Below are positions 1-12,732 of a DNA stretch of 64,000 nucleotides, piece by piece. Origin of the DNA: Octopus sinensis (taxonomy: Eukaryota); assembly GCF_006345805.1 (NCBI RefSeq), contig NC_043001.1:11346001-11410000 (forward strand), read 5' to 3'. The position numbers and the translations under genes are program-made. The first letter of the stretch is position 1. Each line of letters starts with the position of its first letter. A model generated the notes under the pieces. The model had not been told where the DNA came from. It was given only the letters and a program-made list of their open reading frames with translations, and ran no database searches.

Positions 1-124
1 ACAGTAAAGTGTTATGCTTGATACAGAAACGGCGGAACAAGGTTTGCGATAAAACTATTGTGAGAAGTCGGTGAGGAAGATAAAAGGATTTAAAGTTGTC
101 CTTTAAGAACACACTCTTTTATTC

Positions 125-240
125 TTTTACTTGTTTAAGTCATTTGACTGTGGCCATGCTGAAGCACCGCCTTTAGTCGAGCAAATCGACCCCAGGACAT
201 ATTCTTTGTATGCCTAGTACTTATTCTATCGGTCTCTTTT
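125..240 (-). mobile_element. SINE-C 3' fragment
   Basis: Reverse complement of the SINE-C tail (gaccgatagaataagtactagg...gtgcttcagcatggccacagtcaaatgac...aagtaaaag) seen in the full copies. Confidence 0.8.
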
Positions 241-1635
241 TTTGTAAAGGGATTTTTAAAAGTTTTGGTCCATTACATTTTATTCTGAGAGTATCACAAT
301 ATATTCTGATAACGCTAATGAAATTAATATCCAGCTCTGTAATCCTAGCACATCTATTAAAGGCAAATTAGATAGATAGGCCTAGATAGAAGAGGTCAAA
401 CAAACGCATTGTGGCCAGCTTACTTTGAAATTAATAAATGTCTCTCCTAAAAATTTTGGAATGCATCTTGTAGTTAAGCAATTGGTTTTATGATCTTTTC
501 AATTGATGCGAAGAGTTTAAATGTAAGAGCCATTAACACCAGATCATTCTTCAATTAAATTATATGATATAACATACCTTCCAGTTTAATAGTTAGAACC
601 GATATTGCCAGATCCTTCTTAATCTTAAACCATATGGTAAAAACTTCCTCTCAGATTAAGCATTGACACCAATATTGCCAGTACTGCTAATACTAAAATC
701 TAGTTATAACCCAATTTTCGATTGTGAACATCAGAACTAATCTACTCAGGCCCTTCCTAACTAAAACTATATGGTATAATCATCCGTTTAGGTTAAACAT
801 TAGAAACAATTATGTAAGATCTTTAATTAAACTATATTGTACCATCTTTTTTCGGTGCAAAATAACTGATAATACCAAATTATTCCTAAATTAAAATTAT
901 ATGGTATAATCCGCTTTACATTTTAAATCTAAAACCAATACCGACAGATCTTTTCTAAATTAAATCTTATTATATAAACCCCTTTGTAGTATAAACGTTA
1001 CAACTAATATTACCAGATCGGTCCTAAATTGAAACACATGCTATAAACCAACTGTTTGTTTAAACGTAAGACCTAGTTTTGTAGATCCGTCTTAAATTCA
1101 AATCGTTCGTCATAACCTAAATTTTTGTTTAAACGTTAGAACTAACTGCCTGATACATCTTAAACTGTAGCTAAACGTTATAACCCCTTTCAGTTTATCT
1201 GTCTGAATCATTACTGCCACATTCTTCAAAAACTAAAACAATTCTGCATAACCTAACGTTTGGTTTAAATGTTAGATAGAATAATGATCACTTATTCTTA
1301 AATATAAAATATTTTAGCTTAAACGGTAGAAACAGTATTGAAATCCTCTTAAACTAAAACTATACGTTTAATCCACTTAAATGCTAAATGTTAGAACTTA
1401 TATTACCCTATCCTCCCTAATCTTCAAGTGAATCATATAATCCATTTTAATTTTAAACGTTAGAACAAATATCCCCAGATACTTTTAAAACTAAAAGAAA
1501 TGGTATACTACTTATTTTAATTTGAACGTTAGAATCAACATTGCCAGATCGTTCTTAAACTCAAATTCAATGTAACTCACGAACAAATACATTATTTACA
1601 TTTGAAGGATATTTGTCCTCATCTTGTTTGTTGTT

Positions 1636-1681
1636 AACACAACGTTTTGGCTGATATACCCTCCAGCCTTCATCAGGTGTC
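1636..1681 (-). ncRNA. Minimal type-I hammerhead motif, G12A-mutated (left arm of P)
   Basis: Minus strand gacac CTGATGA a ggctg..cagcc AAAA cgtt gtgtt; GAAA changed to AAAA. Confidence 0.6.
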
Positions 1682-2011
1682 TTGCGGAAATTTCGAAGCT
1701 GGGTTCTCTTTCCTAAGTTATTTTTCGACGTTGTTGTTGTTGTTGTTAACCATTACGCCATATGTCTGTGGGCATATGGTGTAATCGAACTCGGAATGTT
1801 GGGGTTAAGAGCGCGGGCTATTAACCCCAAGATTCCGAGTTCGATTCAAGGCAGTGACCAAAACAACAATAACAATAGCAACAACAACAACAACAACAGC
1901 AACAACAACAATAATGACAACAACAACAACAACAACAACAGCAGCAACAACAACAAGAACAACATCGAAAAGTACCTTCGGAATGAGAACGCTGGTTCGA
2001 AATTTCCCCAA

Positions 2012-2057
2012 GGCACCTGATGAAGGCTGGAGGGTATATCAGCCGAAACGTTGTGTT
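2012..2057 (+). ncRNA. Minimal type-I hammerhead ribozyme motif (right arm of P)
   Basis: ggcac CTGATGA a GGCTG gagggtatat CAGCC GAAA cgt t gtgtt: intact core, 5-bp stem II, palindromic ACGT stem III, GUU site, stem I ggcac/gtgtt. Confidence 0.75.
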
Positions 2058-2526
2058 AACAACAAACAAGATGAGGACAAATATCCATCGAATGTAATTA
2101 ATGTAAATAATGTACATAATTCTTCATCACTTAAATATAGAACTGCATTATCGCGAACAAATGTTGTTAGATCTTTTCTAATCGAAAACTTTATCATATA
2201 ACCACAACCTATTGAGTATACATGTTTATACTAATATTGCTAGTTCCTTCCTAAAATAAAGCTATGGTGCTTAACATCTTTTCAATTTAAGCAGATCCTA
2301 AGCTAACTTTATAAAGTATATACCCCTTTCAGTTAAAACTTTAGAGCTAATATTCTCAGATTCTTTCCACAATAAAACTATATGGCATGATCTAATTTTC
2401 AGTTTAGACGTTAGAACCAAATCGATTAGATGCTTTTTGCACGAAATCTATTCTGTATAGCCAACCTTTAGTCCTATCGTTAGAGCCGTTATTGTTAGAT
2501 ACTTTCTAAAGTTAATCTACAAACTC

Positions 2527-2843
2527 TTCCCCAGCAACTATAAATTCGGCAAAAGGTTTAATATATACAATCCCAAAGGCAATTATAGCTGCACTGCCAA
2601 TTTCACCTCTTTGTCAGCTTGAATCAGTACAATAATAGCTAGACTTCATTCTCAGAATTTATTCCTCACCCTATTGCAACTCTCTTAAAAAAGTACATGT
2701 CCAATTAACGTTAAATTTACCGTGCTAAACTCTCACTGAACAATAACAGCAAAACCATAGAGCGCTACATAGGCCACATTGTGAACACAATTTTATCCAG
2801 ACATATTTATCATACGCACAGTTTCAAATATAAAAGCAAAACG
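2527..2843 (+). pseudogene. Penelope-like element ORF remnant (Cys-rich linker and start of GIY-YIG endonuclease)
   Basis: Frameshifted translation FPSNYKFGKRFNIYNPKGNYSC..., YCNSLKKSTCPINVK, NNNSKTIERYIGHIVNTILSRHIYHTHSFKYKSK resembles PLE motifs FNRNTVKVSYSC / CNC..CP / YIG. Confidence 0.7.
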
Positions 2844-3033
2844 TGTGCAACAACTCTTCCAAAAGTGGCCTAATGGTTAGGTTTCTTAACTTGCGCATCA
2901 TTACATCGTGGTTTCAATTCCTGTATCGTGCGGTTTGTTGTGTTTTTGAGCAAGTTACTTCGTTTCATTTTGTCCCGCTCTATTCAAATGAAATCTTTAC
3001 CAGTCGACTGCTATGTGGCATTTGGTGAATGGG

Positions 3034-3256
3034 TGACTCTGATGTTGCTCCCCTCGTCTGTGTTTCCTGCCGTGAGTTGGGCTCATCTGGAACCCTTGAC
3101 AGGAGGTGATCCAGTTTTGTTTCAAAGACATCTACATCCACACCATACAGGTCTCTCAGGAATTTTAGAAGGATATTGAAGAGCTGTGGGTCCTCAAACT
3201 CAAGTTGCTGCAGTATCTGGTCCTGTATTTTGATGGTGATGCAGGGATCCTTGGCA
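3034..3256 (-). mobile_element. CR1-like LINE 3' ORF2 fragment
   Basis: Minus strand PRIPASPSKYRTRYC then FEDPQLFNILLKFLRDLYGVDVDVFETKLDHLLSRVPDEP, homologous to the 20.1-20.4 kb copy. Confidence 0.75.
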
Positions 3257-3260
3257 TATA

Positions 3261-3515
3261 TATTTCTCTAATTACCCACAAGGGGCTAAACACAGAGGGG
3301 ACAAACAAGGGCAGAAAAACGGATTAAGTCGATTACATCGACTGCAGTGCGTAACTGGTACTTAATTTATCGACCCCGAAAGGATGAAAGGCAAAGTCGA
3401 CCTTGACGGAATTTGAACTCAGAACGCAGCGGCGGACGAAATACCTTTACTACCCACAAGGGACTAAACACAGAGAGGACAAACAAGGTCAGACAAACGG
3501 ATTAAGTCGATTATA
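3261..3515 (-). mobile_element. SINE-A internal units (partial tandem)
   Basis: Reverse complement of the SINE-A unit, restarting at 3446. Confidence 0.85.
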
Positions 3516-3518
3516 TAG

Positions 3519-3552
<34 letters not shown>

Positions 3553-4289
3553 CTGACATATCAGTCTCTCCAAGGAGTGGAGATAGGTAGTCTTTCTTTG
3601 ATGAAAGTCTACCACAATTCGAATTTGATTAGAAAGATCTTATCTTTCTGTACACCGGAGTGATAAAAAAAGAAAGAATCTGTTTTCTAACCACTTTGTT
3701 TACTTAATCACCGACGCTAAAATTATATGTCTATAGAAAAATTAAATCATATTTTCCATGCATACATATATGGTATATGCTTCGGTGTACACATACAGAA
3801 ACACGTACATACGTACGTACATAGACACATTCATGAATATATATATTCAACTAAATCGTTGGGAAATGTTTTTTTCACCAGTCGAGTTGCTTATTTTAAT
3901 GATTTGCCCAAAGGAAAACTTATTATTTTGTTTACTATTGCATTCACATATTTACTTGAAATTTCGACTGACGTATAATCGATTCATCGCAAGATTTTTA
4001 TTTACATTGTACGAAACAACAAAGGCGACTAACTTTATCTCAAATGTTTATTTTTCTAAAGTTAGCTCGTTACTGTAGGACACATTCTGGTTTTGTACAC
4101 CATTGCTAAAGAACTGACAACTAAAAGCTGGAAAACGTGGAAAAAAAACACGGAATGAAATGAATTGGAATAAAAAAAAAAGACACGGAGGAAACAATAA
4201 AAAATGGTCTGTTGTTCTCGTTAGTCGAAAACTTTCGTTCTATGTATCTAAATATTTATCCTCGTAACTTGTAATTTATCTACCTCCAT

Positions 4290-4690
<401 letters not shown>

Positions 4691-4882
4691 ACGAACCCTA
4701 TTGATCGATTTTTTTCTTTTTCCTTTTATTTTTTATCCCCCCTTTTTTGCTTTCCTCTTTTTTCCTTTTACAATCCCTTTTGATCGAAAACCAAACCCCC
4801 TTTTTTTTATCCCCCAAAAGAAAAGCTCTACCTTGTAATTTGTCCCGTCTGTGTGCAGCCCTGTGTGGTTAATAAAGAAACA

Positions 4883-4884
<2 letters not shown>
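4691..4884 (+). mobile_element. Dispersed repeat 'G' ending in (TATC)n; probable LINE 3' UTR
   Basis: ccctattgatcg...cccttttgatcgaaaacc...aagctctac...tttgtcccgtctgtgtgcagccctgtgtggttaataaagaaacatatctatc; diverged minus-strand copies at 14.67-15.53 kb. Confidence 0.6.
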
Positions 4885-4921
<37 letters not shown>

Positions 4922-5214
4922 TTGTCCGTCTGTATGTCTGTTTTCTCGATCACATCTACACACACAGACACATATACATTTGTCCACTTGCGCCATCATC
5001 AAAACCATCCAATCGTATCGCTACACGCAATGCGTAAAACAACCAAATGACCATTAAACCAAGACCTAACATTTTAGGACAAAAGAAAAAAAAAACGCGT
5101 TGATTTTGTTAACAGTTCTTTGTATAAAGCCACTCTCCCAATGGCCATGGGTTGACCTGAGGTGGGTGGGTGGCGTTAAGCAAACACCGAGCACTAAAAA
5201 GTCCCCATCCAATG

Positions 5215-5565
5215 TGCGCCATCACCTCCATCACTACAGAACACCACTATCACCGCCTTCAACACCGCCTTCAACACCGCCTTCAACACCGCCGCCGTCA
5301 CCACCACCACCACCACCACCACCACCACCACCACTACCATCAAGACCACCACCACCAAAACCACACCACCACCACCACCACTACCATCCACACCACCACC
5401 ACCACTACCATCAACACCACCACCACCAAAACCACACCACCACCACCACCACAACCACCACCATCAACACCACTACCATCATCAACACCACCACCACTAC
5501 CACACCACCACCACCACCACCACAACCACAACCACAACCACAACCATCACCACCACCACCATCAT
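5215..5565. repeat. (CAC/CCA)n compound trinucleotide repeat
   Basis: Direct reading; source of the poly-His/Pro/Thr ORFs. Confidence 0.95.
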
Positions 5566-5605
5566 TTTCATCCCCGGTTACATCCAATTAGATACCATTA
5601 CATAC

Positions 5606-6134
5606 TATATGGTGGGGCAGAGAGGGCGGACGTTTTTGAAAAATTCACAAAATCATTAACGTTAGCTGCAAACAAATTTTATTGACAACAATGTGTTCGT
5701 ATTGAATTACCACCTGTCAAATCAAGTGTGGAAAACAACATCCATCATGGGATGTCCGTTTTCATTGATGCATTTCTGAAGGCGTTCTTGGAAGTTGGCC
5801 TCCACTCTCTCCAGCATTGCTCTGTGTATAGTCCCATGGCTTCAACTGTTGCCCAATGAACAATTTTTACGGGTGGAAATGTAGGTCTTCATGCAAAATA
5901 CGCCTTACCGATCGATTACCGATGCCAAGTTCAGTGGAATATCTCCGAACAGAGCGATTCGGACTCCGTATCAAAGCTTATCTGACACGTAACTGTCACA
6001 CGATGCTCTATCGTCCACAGCACCTTGGCTTTACCTGACAAGACCGAATGGTACCTGTCGGACATATGTCTCTCTCCTTGGGGGGCTGAGTAATAGCCAT
6101 TTCAAAAACTCCCTCCTCTCTGCCCAACCCTGTT
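5606..6134 (-). mobile_element. Internally deleted Tc1/mariner element (rosa/DD41D-like)
   Basis: TIRs tatatggtggggcagagagggcggacgtttttgaaa / tttcaaaaactccctcctctctgcccaaccctgtt; minus peptide RSPNRSVRRYSTELGIGNRSVRRILHEDLHFHP*KL..QQLKPWDY fused to C-terminal RAMLERVEANFQERLQKCINENGH. Confidence 0.8.
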
Positions 6135-6462
6135 CAAAGAACTATCACTTCTGATACATATCACGTCTATTCACCTCACGTATCATGATCTCCAACCGGA
6201 AATAATCAGCATCAAGCATCCTCGTGCATAGTAACTCCATCTTCACCCCAAGAAACGGATCCACTTTTAGTTCGTCATCTCTACCACATCTATGGTATAA
6301 AGTAACCAATTAAGAAAGGGGAAAATAAACCCGTCAGAATATCAAAAAATAATGTTTGTTTTACTATAAATATTGCAAAAGTACCTTCATTATCAAAATG
6401 ATTCTGTTAAAAATGCAGCAGGAGGGACGTTGTTTCCAACTTAATAGAAAGCAACGCACCAA

Positions 6463-7067
6463 GGCGGTGAGCTGGCAGAAACGTTAGCACAACGGGCGAA
6501 ATGCTTAGCGGTATTTCGTCTGTCTTTACGTTCTGAGTTCAAATTCCGCTGAGGTCGACTTTGCTTTTCATCCTTTCGGGTTCGATAAATTAAGTACCAG
6601 TTACGCAATGTGTTCGATATGGTCGACTTAATCCGTCTGTCTGTTCTTGTTTGTCCCCTCTGTGTTTAGCCCCTTGTGGGTAATAAAGAAATAGGTATTT
6701 CGTCTGCCGCTATGTTCTGAGTTCAAATTCCGCCGAGGTCGACTTTGCCTTTCATCCTTTCGGGGTCGATAAATTAAGTACCAGTTTCGTACTGGGGTCG
6801 ATATAATCGACTTAATCCGTTTGTCTGTCCTTGTTTGTCCTCTCTGTGTTTAATTCCTTGTGGGTTGTAAAGAAATAGGTATTTCGCCTGCCGCTACGTT
6901 CTGAGTTCAAATTCCGCCGAGGTCGACTTTGCCTTTCATCCTTTCGGGGTCGATAAATTAAGTACCAGTTTCGTACTGGGGTCGATGTAATCGACTTATT
7001 CTCTTTGTCTGTCCTTTTTGTCCCCTCTATGTTTAGCCCCTTGTGGGCAATAAAGAAATAAAAAAGG
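6463..7067 (+). mobile_element. SINE-A: tRNA-like head plus 3 tandem body units
   Basis: Head ggcggtgagctggcagaaacgttagc, B box gagttcaaattcc, three ~180-bp units; flanking direct repeat aacgcaccaa (6453-6462, 7068-7077). Confidence 0.9.
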
Positions 7068-7429
7068 AACGCACCAAATTATGGAGTTGTTTTCAAACCA
7101 AAGTTTAGCGACTGAATGAAGTATATATTTATTTGTTAGTGTTAAGAAAACAATTGTTTACAGTTAGATATTTCTCAGCTTCATCCTTAACTCGAATTGC
7201 AGAATTGCAAATGGAATTCATCATAGTTTATATCAGGTTTGTCTTTGTTTATAATTGTCTTCCTTTTCCATTCATCATTCTGTGATGAGACTGGAAACAA
7301 CATTATTGATGTTTCCTAAGGTCATCAGATGTTTTGGGGCTTTCAACATCAGATAACCTCATCTTGACCTCGCAGTTGTTGTTGAAGAAGCCACAACTCT
7401 GGTCAAGTTGACACTGATACTGGTAGTAC

Positions 7430-7662
7430 AAGACGACGAGCTGGCAGAATCGTTAGCACGTCGGGCGAAATGCTTAGCGGTATTTTGTCTGTCTTTATGT
7501 TCTGAGTTCAAATTCCGCCGAGGTCGACCTTGCCTTTCATCCTTTCGGGGTCGATTAAATAAGTAACAGTTACGCACTGGGGTCGATATAATCGACTTAA
7601 TCCGTTTGTCTGTCTTTGTTTGTCCTCTCTGTGTTTAGGCCCTTGTGGGCAGTAAAGAAATA
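7430..7662 (+). mobile_element. SINE-A monomer with 14-bp TSD
   Basis: TSD gatactggtagtac at 7416-7429 and 7663-7676. Confidence 0.92.
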
Positions 7663-8234
7663 GATACTGGTAGTACTGCCCATTACCAGGGCTCGCATCT
7701 CCTGATCCACCGATACCTTGAGACAACACCTGCTTCCCCCACAGAAAACCTCACGGCCTTCTATCAAATACAAGAGAGTCATAGTATTTTGTCGTAGAAG
7801 AGTGGATCCCGCATGGATCTGACAGCACTAAAATCATACTGGTATCTCTATGCAAGGAAAAGCAATAATTAAAGAGATAAAAGAATGTATTCGTTTTGGA
7901 ATGCCTTCATCGTTGCTATCACCCGAGTTTTGTTTCTGTATTTCACGTTCCATTGGAAATATAATGCATTGTTCTCCTATATCATTAGGAAATGCTGTCA
8001 GAAAATACAAGCAATACAGTTCAATATTAAATTTGGGTGCACTGTGACCTGTTCACTGAGAATTTCTACTGGACGAGATTATTGAATAGATTACAGAAGT
8101 ATAACGGAAACCTTTACACCTTCATGAATATAAAAGATACTTACGATACGAAAACCTTACAACATACAAGGTCCATACTAGAGGTTTTCACACTTTCTCA
8201 GGAGAGATATTTATTAATTTCAGAGAAGTACAAA

Positions 8235-8560
8235 CCGCTAATCTTCTTGAAAGGAGGATCCTCAAACTTCATTTCAGTTGTCATAGCACCCCAACCAGTT
8301 CGTGAAGGTCCCATGCAAGTCCCCCAAAGTGAAGGTGCCCAGCAACCTTATCACGGCCTCTTCTATCTTCAAAACGGCTGCCTCTGAGGTTCCCCTTCAG
8401 CTTGTGGAACGATTAAAAATCACAGGGAGCGAGCTGTGGGCTGCAAGGAAGGTTTTAATGCCCGTCTCTGTCAAGTAGTTCGTTACCAGGATGCTGGTCA
8501 CTGCGTACCCTGGGAACAAAATTTGCACATGTTCAGATCTGGGTACAGTTGCTACATCCA
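8235..8560 (-). mobile_element. Mariner transposase C-terminal remnant
   Basis: Minus strand SILVTNYLTETGIKT..SPQLAPCDF*SFHKLKGNLRGSRFED..EAVIRLLGTFTLGDLHGTFTNWL (PYSPDLAPCDF motif). Confidence 0.75.
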
Positions 8561-9596
8561 TTCCAAACTATACGCTTCTTTTCTAAAATTGGCCTACGAG
8601 GTCTTCACCCTGAAAATTACAATAAACACGGGCAGTTATAACTATGTAATAGATGCAAGTACTTTCTTAAACTTTCATAAATAGGTAAAATTGACCACTT
8701 CAGGATTAATAGTCAGAACGTAAAGGAAATAAAATGCTCAGGGTGTTTAACCGATTTCTGTAACTGTATTAATTCTGCCATAAATGATATTCCTATACCA
8801 AAAGATAATAAAGTTCACACAAAAGTCAATCCCTGTGTGTAGTAGCGCCCAGTATGAGCAATAATAAAAGAGATTTTATACAGCTTTTACCAAAGTGATA
8901 TTCAATCTGTAAATGATCAAATTTCCTCTAATATTTGGCGGTGTAGGGTACTTAATACAATGATTGTCACTTCAGCGTGTTGGCTAATGATAGACTGTAG
9001 TTGCAAGGATTGGATTGGAAGTATAAAATGAAGAGGCATAAGTCGTTGCTGAAGTAGCATATACAATTTCTGAGAAGAAATTCACAGCCGGAAACGTTAG
9101 TCTCTCTCTTTCTCACTCACTCGCTCGCTCTTTTATTTCACTTTATCTCTATTCCATCTCATAGTACAATACTTTACATCGTGTCATTTCAGTTTTTATT
9201 TCCCACATAACAAAAGGCTTATATAAACACTTTGAAATGTTAAGACTTTCAAGAGGACAAAGGAAAACACACAGTAAAACCTTCAGAGAATCAAACTTCC
9301 AGGGAAGATTTATAAATATTTGCGAGAATTTTACATTTGATTCTCCTGCAAAGTAAGATATACACACACTTGATGAATATATGCATTTATGCACTCGTAC
9401 ATCAATATGATCTCAATTGTATAGAATCATTGAAAAATCAAACAAAAAGATCTTGTTACTTGTTAGCGATCGGATATCTCCAAGAGCATCAAAGAAAAAA
9501 ATTAAGGAAATGTAAGAAGCCCAATAGATACATGTATATAATACTACCACACACACATGCGCGCGCGTGCATATACATGTATGTATATAAGCTAAA

Positions 9597-9844
9597 GTGG
9601 AGGCAGCATGGCTTAGTGGTTAGGGTGTCAGCGTCGTGATCGTAAGATTATGGTTTCGATTCCTGGACCGGGCGACGCGTTGTGTTCCTGAGCAAAACGC
9701 TTCATTTCACGTTGCTCCAGTCCACTCAGCTGGCAAAAATGAGTAACGCTGTGATGGACTGGCGTCCCGTCCACCTGGGGAAAACATACGCCATAGAAAC
9801 CAGGAAACCGGGCCCATGAGCCTGGCTAAGATTTAAAAGGGCGC

Positions 9845-9897
<53 letters not shown>

Positions 9898-10090
9898 TGT
9901 GGTTTCGATTCCTGGACCGGGGGACGTTGTGTTCTTGAGCAAAACGCTTCATTCACGTTGCTCCAGTCCACTCAGCTGGCAAAAATTAGTAACGCTGTGA
10001 TGGACTGGCGTCTCGTCCACCTGGGGAAAACATACGCCATAGAAACCAGGAAACCGGGCCCATGAGCCTGGCTAAGATTTAAAAGGGCGC

Positions 10091-10151
<61 letters not shown>

Positions 10152-10337
10152 GGTTTCGATTCCTGGACCGGGGGACGTTGTGTTCTTGAGCAAAACGCTT
10201 CATTTCACGTTGCTCCAGTCCACTCAGTTGGCAAACATGAGTAACGCTGCGTTGGACTGGCGTCCCGTCCAGCTGGGGAACACATACGCCATAGAAACCG
10301 GGAAACCAGACCCATGAGCCTGGTTAGGCTTTAAAGA
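9597..10337 (+). mobile_element. SINE-B (head B2, tail a) followed by two 5'-truncated tandem re-copies spaced by (TA)n
   Basis: Restarts ttgtggtttcgattcctggaccgg at 9897 and 10148 (period ~251); CORE-like ttgtgttcttgagcaaaacgcttcatttcacgttgctccagtccactcagctgg. Confidence 0.85.
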
Positions 10338-10632
10338 GGAGGCGCAATGGCCCAGTGGTTAGGGCAGGGGACTGGCGGTCGGAGGATCGCGGTTTCGATT
10401 CCCAGACCGGGCATTGTGTGTGCTTATTGAGCGAAAACACGTAAAAGCTCCACGAGCCTCCGACAGAGGGTGGTGATGACCCCTGTTGTACCCTTTCGCC
10501 CCAACTTTCTCTCACTCTCTCCGCCTGTTTCTTGGGTAACGTTGCGATGGACTGGCGTCCCGTCCAGCTGGGGGGAACACATACGTCACAGAAACCGGGC
10601 CCATGAGCCTGGCTAGGCTTGAAAAAGGCGAC
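10338..10632 (+). mobile_element. SINE-B (head B1, tail a)
   Basis: ggaggcgcaatggcccagtggttagggcagggg...ggtttcgattccc A/B boxes. Confidence 0.85.
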
Positions 10633-11030
10633 GTTTATAGTTTTATATGAGCTAACACAAATGCGTGCGCTTACTGAACAGCGACCCACATACGGTCCAA
10701 TACGCACGCGTGAAGGTAAGTAGGAGCAACTTTCTATAGTCGTACACAGTAAACCAAGTGAATAAGCATTCGGTTCTAAATTAAGAATCGATGTTGTGAT
10801 CCGAAATTTCATTACAAGTTCCTTGAGTTATTTTTCCTACTTTAGAACTTTAAATGACAGCGTTGGTTCACTGGGATCGTGCGTGGGTATATAAATATCG
10901 CTGCGCATGAAAAACCACTTAAACAGGTGCGTCGAATAAAATGGAAATATATTAATAAAAATAGAAACAATACAAAAAGCGAAACAACAATAAGAAATAC
11001 AATATCACCACCACCACCGCTACTATTACA

Positions 11031-11084
<54 letters not shown>

Positions 11085-11085
<1 letters not shown>

Positions 11086-11500
11086 AGGCGGCGAGCTGGC
11101 AGAAACGTTAGCACGCCGGGCGAAATGCGTAGCCGTATTTCGTCTGCTATTACGTTCTGGGCTCAAATACCACCGAGGTCGACTTTGCCTTTCATCCTTT
11201 CGGGGTCGATAAATTAAGTACCAGTTACGCACTGGAGTCGATATAATCGACTTAATACCTATGTCTGTCCATTTTCGTCTCCTCTATGTTTAGCTCCTTG
11301 TGGGTAATAAAGAAATAGGTATTTCGTCTGCGTTACGTTGTGAGTTCAAATTCCACCGAGGTCGACTTTGCCTTTCATCCTTTCGGGGTCGATAAATTAA
11401 GTACCAGTTACGCACTGGGGTCGATGTAATCGACTTAATCCATTTGTCTGTCCTTGTTTGTCCTCTCTGTGTTTAGCCCCTTGTGGGTAGTAAAGAAATA
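11085..11500 (+). mobile_element. SINE-A head plus 2 units, inside a (CTA)n tract
   Basis: aaggcggcgagctggcagaaacg...; (CTA)n on both flanks. Confidence 0.9.
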
Positions 11501-11507
11501 TATGCTG

Positions 11508-11570
<63 letters not shown>

Positions 11571-12428
11571 ACAACAGCAACAGCAATAACAACAACTACA
11601 ATAACAGCCATAATATATAAAACCACACTAAGCTCTGCACACATGCGAGACACACGAATCTGTGTTAGATTATGACGTGAAAGGACTTGGTGAATATGGC
11701 GACGACCTGTTGAAATACTAGAAACAAAATTCAATAACAATATTGATCGCATCATTATCATCAGTAGTAGTAGTAGTAGTAGTAGTAATAGAGTTGGTGT
11801 TGGTGGAGGTGATGGTTTTTCGGAAATGTAGTTTTTGTGGTTGGGAGCCGCGTCAGTTCTGCTTGGTTCCAACATTTAGTGCCAAGGCGACCGACTGATG
11901 TGTTCGGTTAACGAGGATATGTGATGGATTGTAACAGACAGTTAGCCGTTGAACCAAAACTATTTATAGTACTGTGAAAGAAAGATTTTTTTTCTCTCCC
12001 TATCATGATTTATTTTGAAATTCAAGTAGAAAGAAATTTAAATTACACCTGTAAAGCGACTATTCTCAAGATATTTATAACAAAAATAAATATAATTTTA
12101 AAAATTTAATTCTAGAATGCAAATTATTTTTACTGACGAAACGAATGCAAAAACCCCACCCTTAGAACATAACATATCACATATAACTATCAAGAATTAT
12201 TTGAAAATCAGGGGAGACAAACTGAACATTGATTATTTTCTGTGAATATTAAAGTCATGTTGTGGATAATGACGAAAGCCCTCTCTACCGCAAAGTGATC
12301 AATAGTTTCCATGGCTGGGTGACAGCCATGGAAACTGTTGTGGTTTATCGTTATAGCGGCTCTGATCAAACACATCTATGGTAAGAAATGTTCCAGCGGT
12401 GACCGTGCAGTTAGTATCAGGGAACATA

Positions 12429-12732
12429 GTGGAGGCACATGGCCTAGTGGTTAGAGCAGCGGACTCGCGGTCGAGGGATCGCGGGTTCGAATCTCAGACC
12501 GGGCGATGTGTGTGTTTATCAACGAAACACCTAAGCTCCACGCGGCTCCGGCAGAAGGTAACGGCGAACTTCTGCTGACTCTATCGCCACAATTTTCTCT
12601 CACTCTTTCCTCCAGCATCTTGCATTTCACCTGCGACGGACCGGCGTCCCGTCCAGGTGGGGAACCTATACGCCAAGGAAACCGGGAAACCGGCCCTTAT
12701 GAGCCAGGCGTGGCTCGAGAAGGAACAAACAA
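12429..12732 (+). mobile_element. SINE-B (head B1, tail a variant)
   Basis: gtggaggcacatggcctagtggttagagcagcggactcgcggtc...gggttcgaatc. Confidence 0.85.

Larger units (their letters stand above)
1588..2145. mobile_element. Palindromic non-autonomous element 'P', copy 1: PLE-like HHR arms, (TTG)n/(CAA)n spacers, tRNA-like hairpin centre
   Basis: Left arm 1588-1745 is the reverse complement of right arm ~1955-2114; same layout at 12974-13506. Confidence 0.85.
530..2520. repeat. Degenerate ~69-bp tandem array, interrupted by the palindromic element
   Basis: Anchor cgttagaac(t)aatattgccagatc recurs at ~592, 661, 729, 798, 996, 1065, 1134, 1389, 1458, 1527 and again at 2339, 2409, 2478; modal spacing 69; stop codons in all frames tried. 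Confidence 0.75.

Noticed and set aside
7285-7335. Minus-strand CTGATGA-ccttag-GAAAC
   Set aside because: Stem II is only 1-2 bp and stem I is poor; consistent with chance.
8760-9060. Minus-strand hydrophobic peptide ..GIDFCVNFIIFWYRN.. (GPCR TM7-like)
   Set aside because: One weak motif, several stops and no supporting helices identified.
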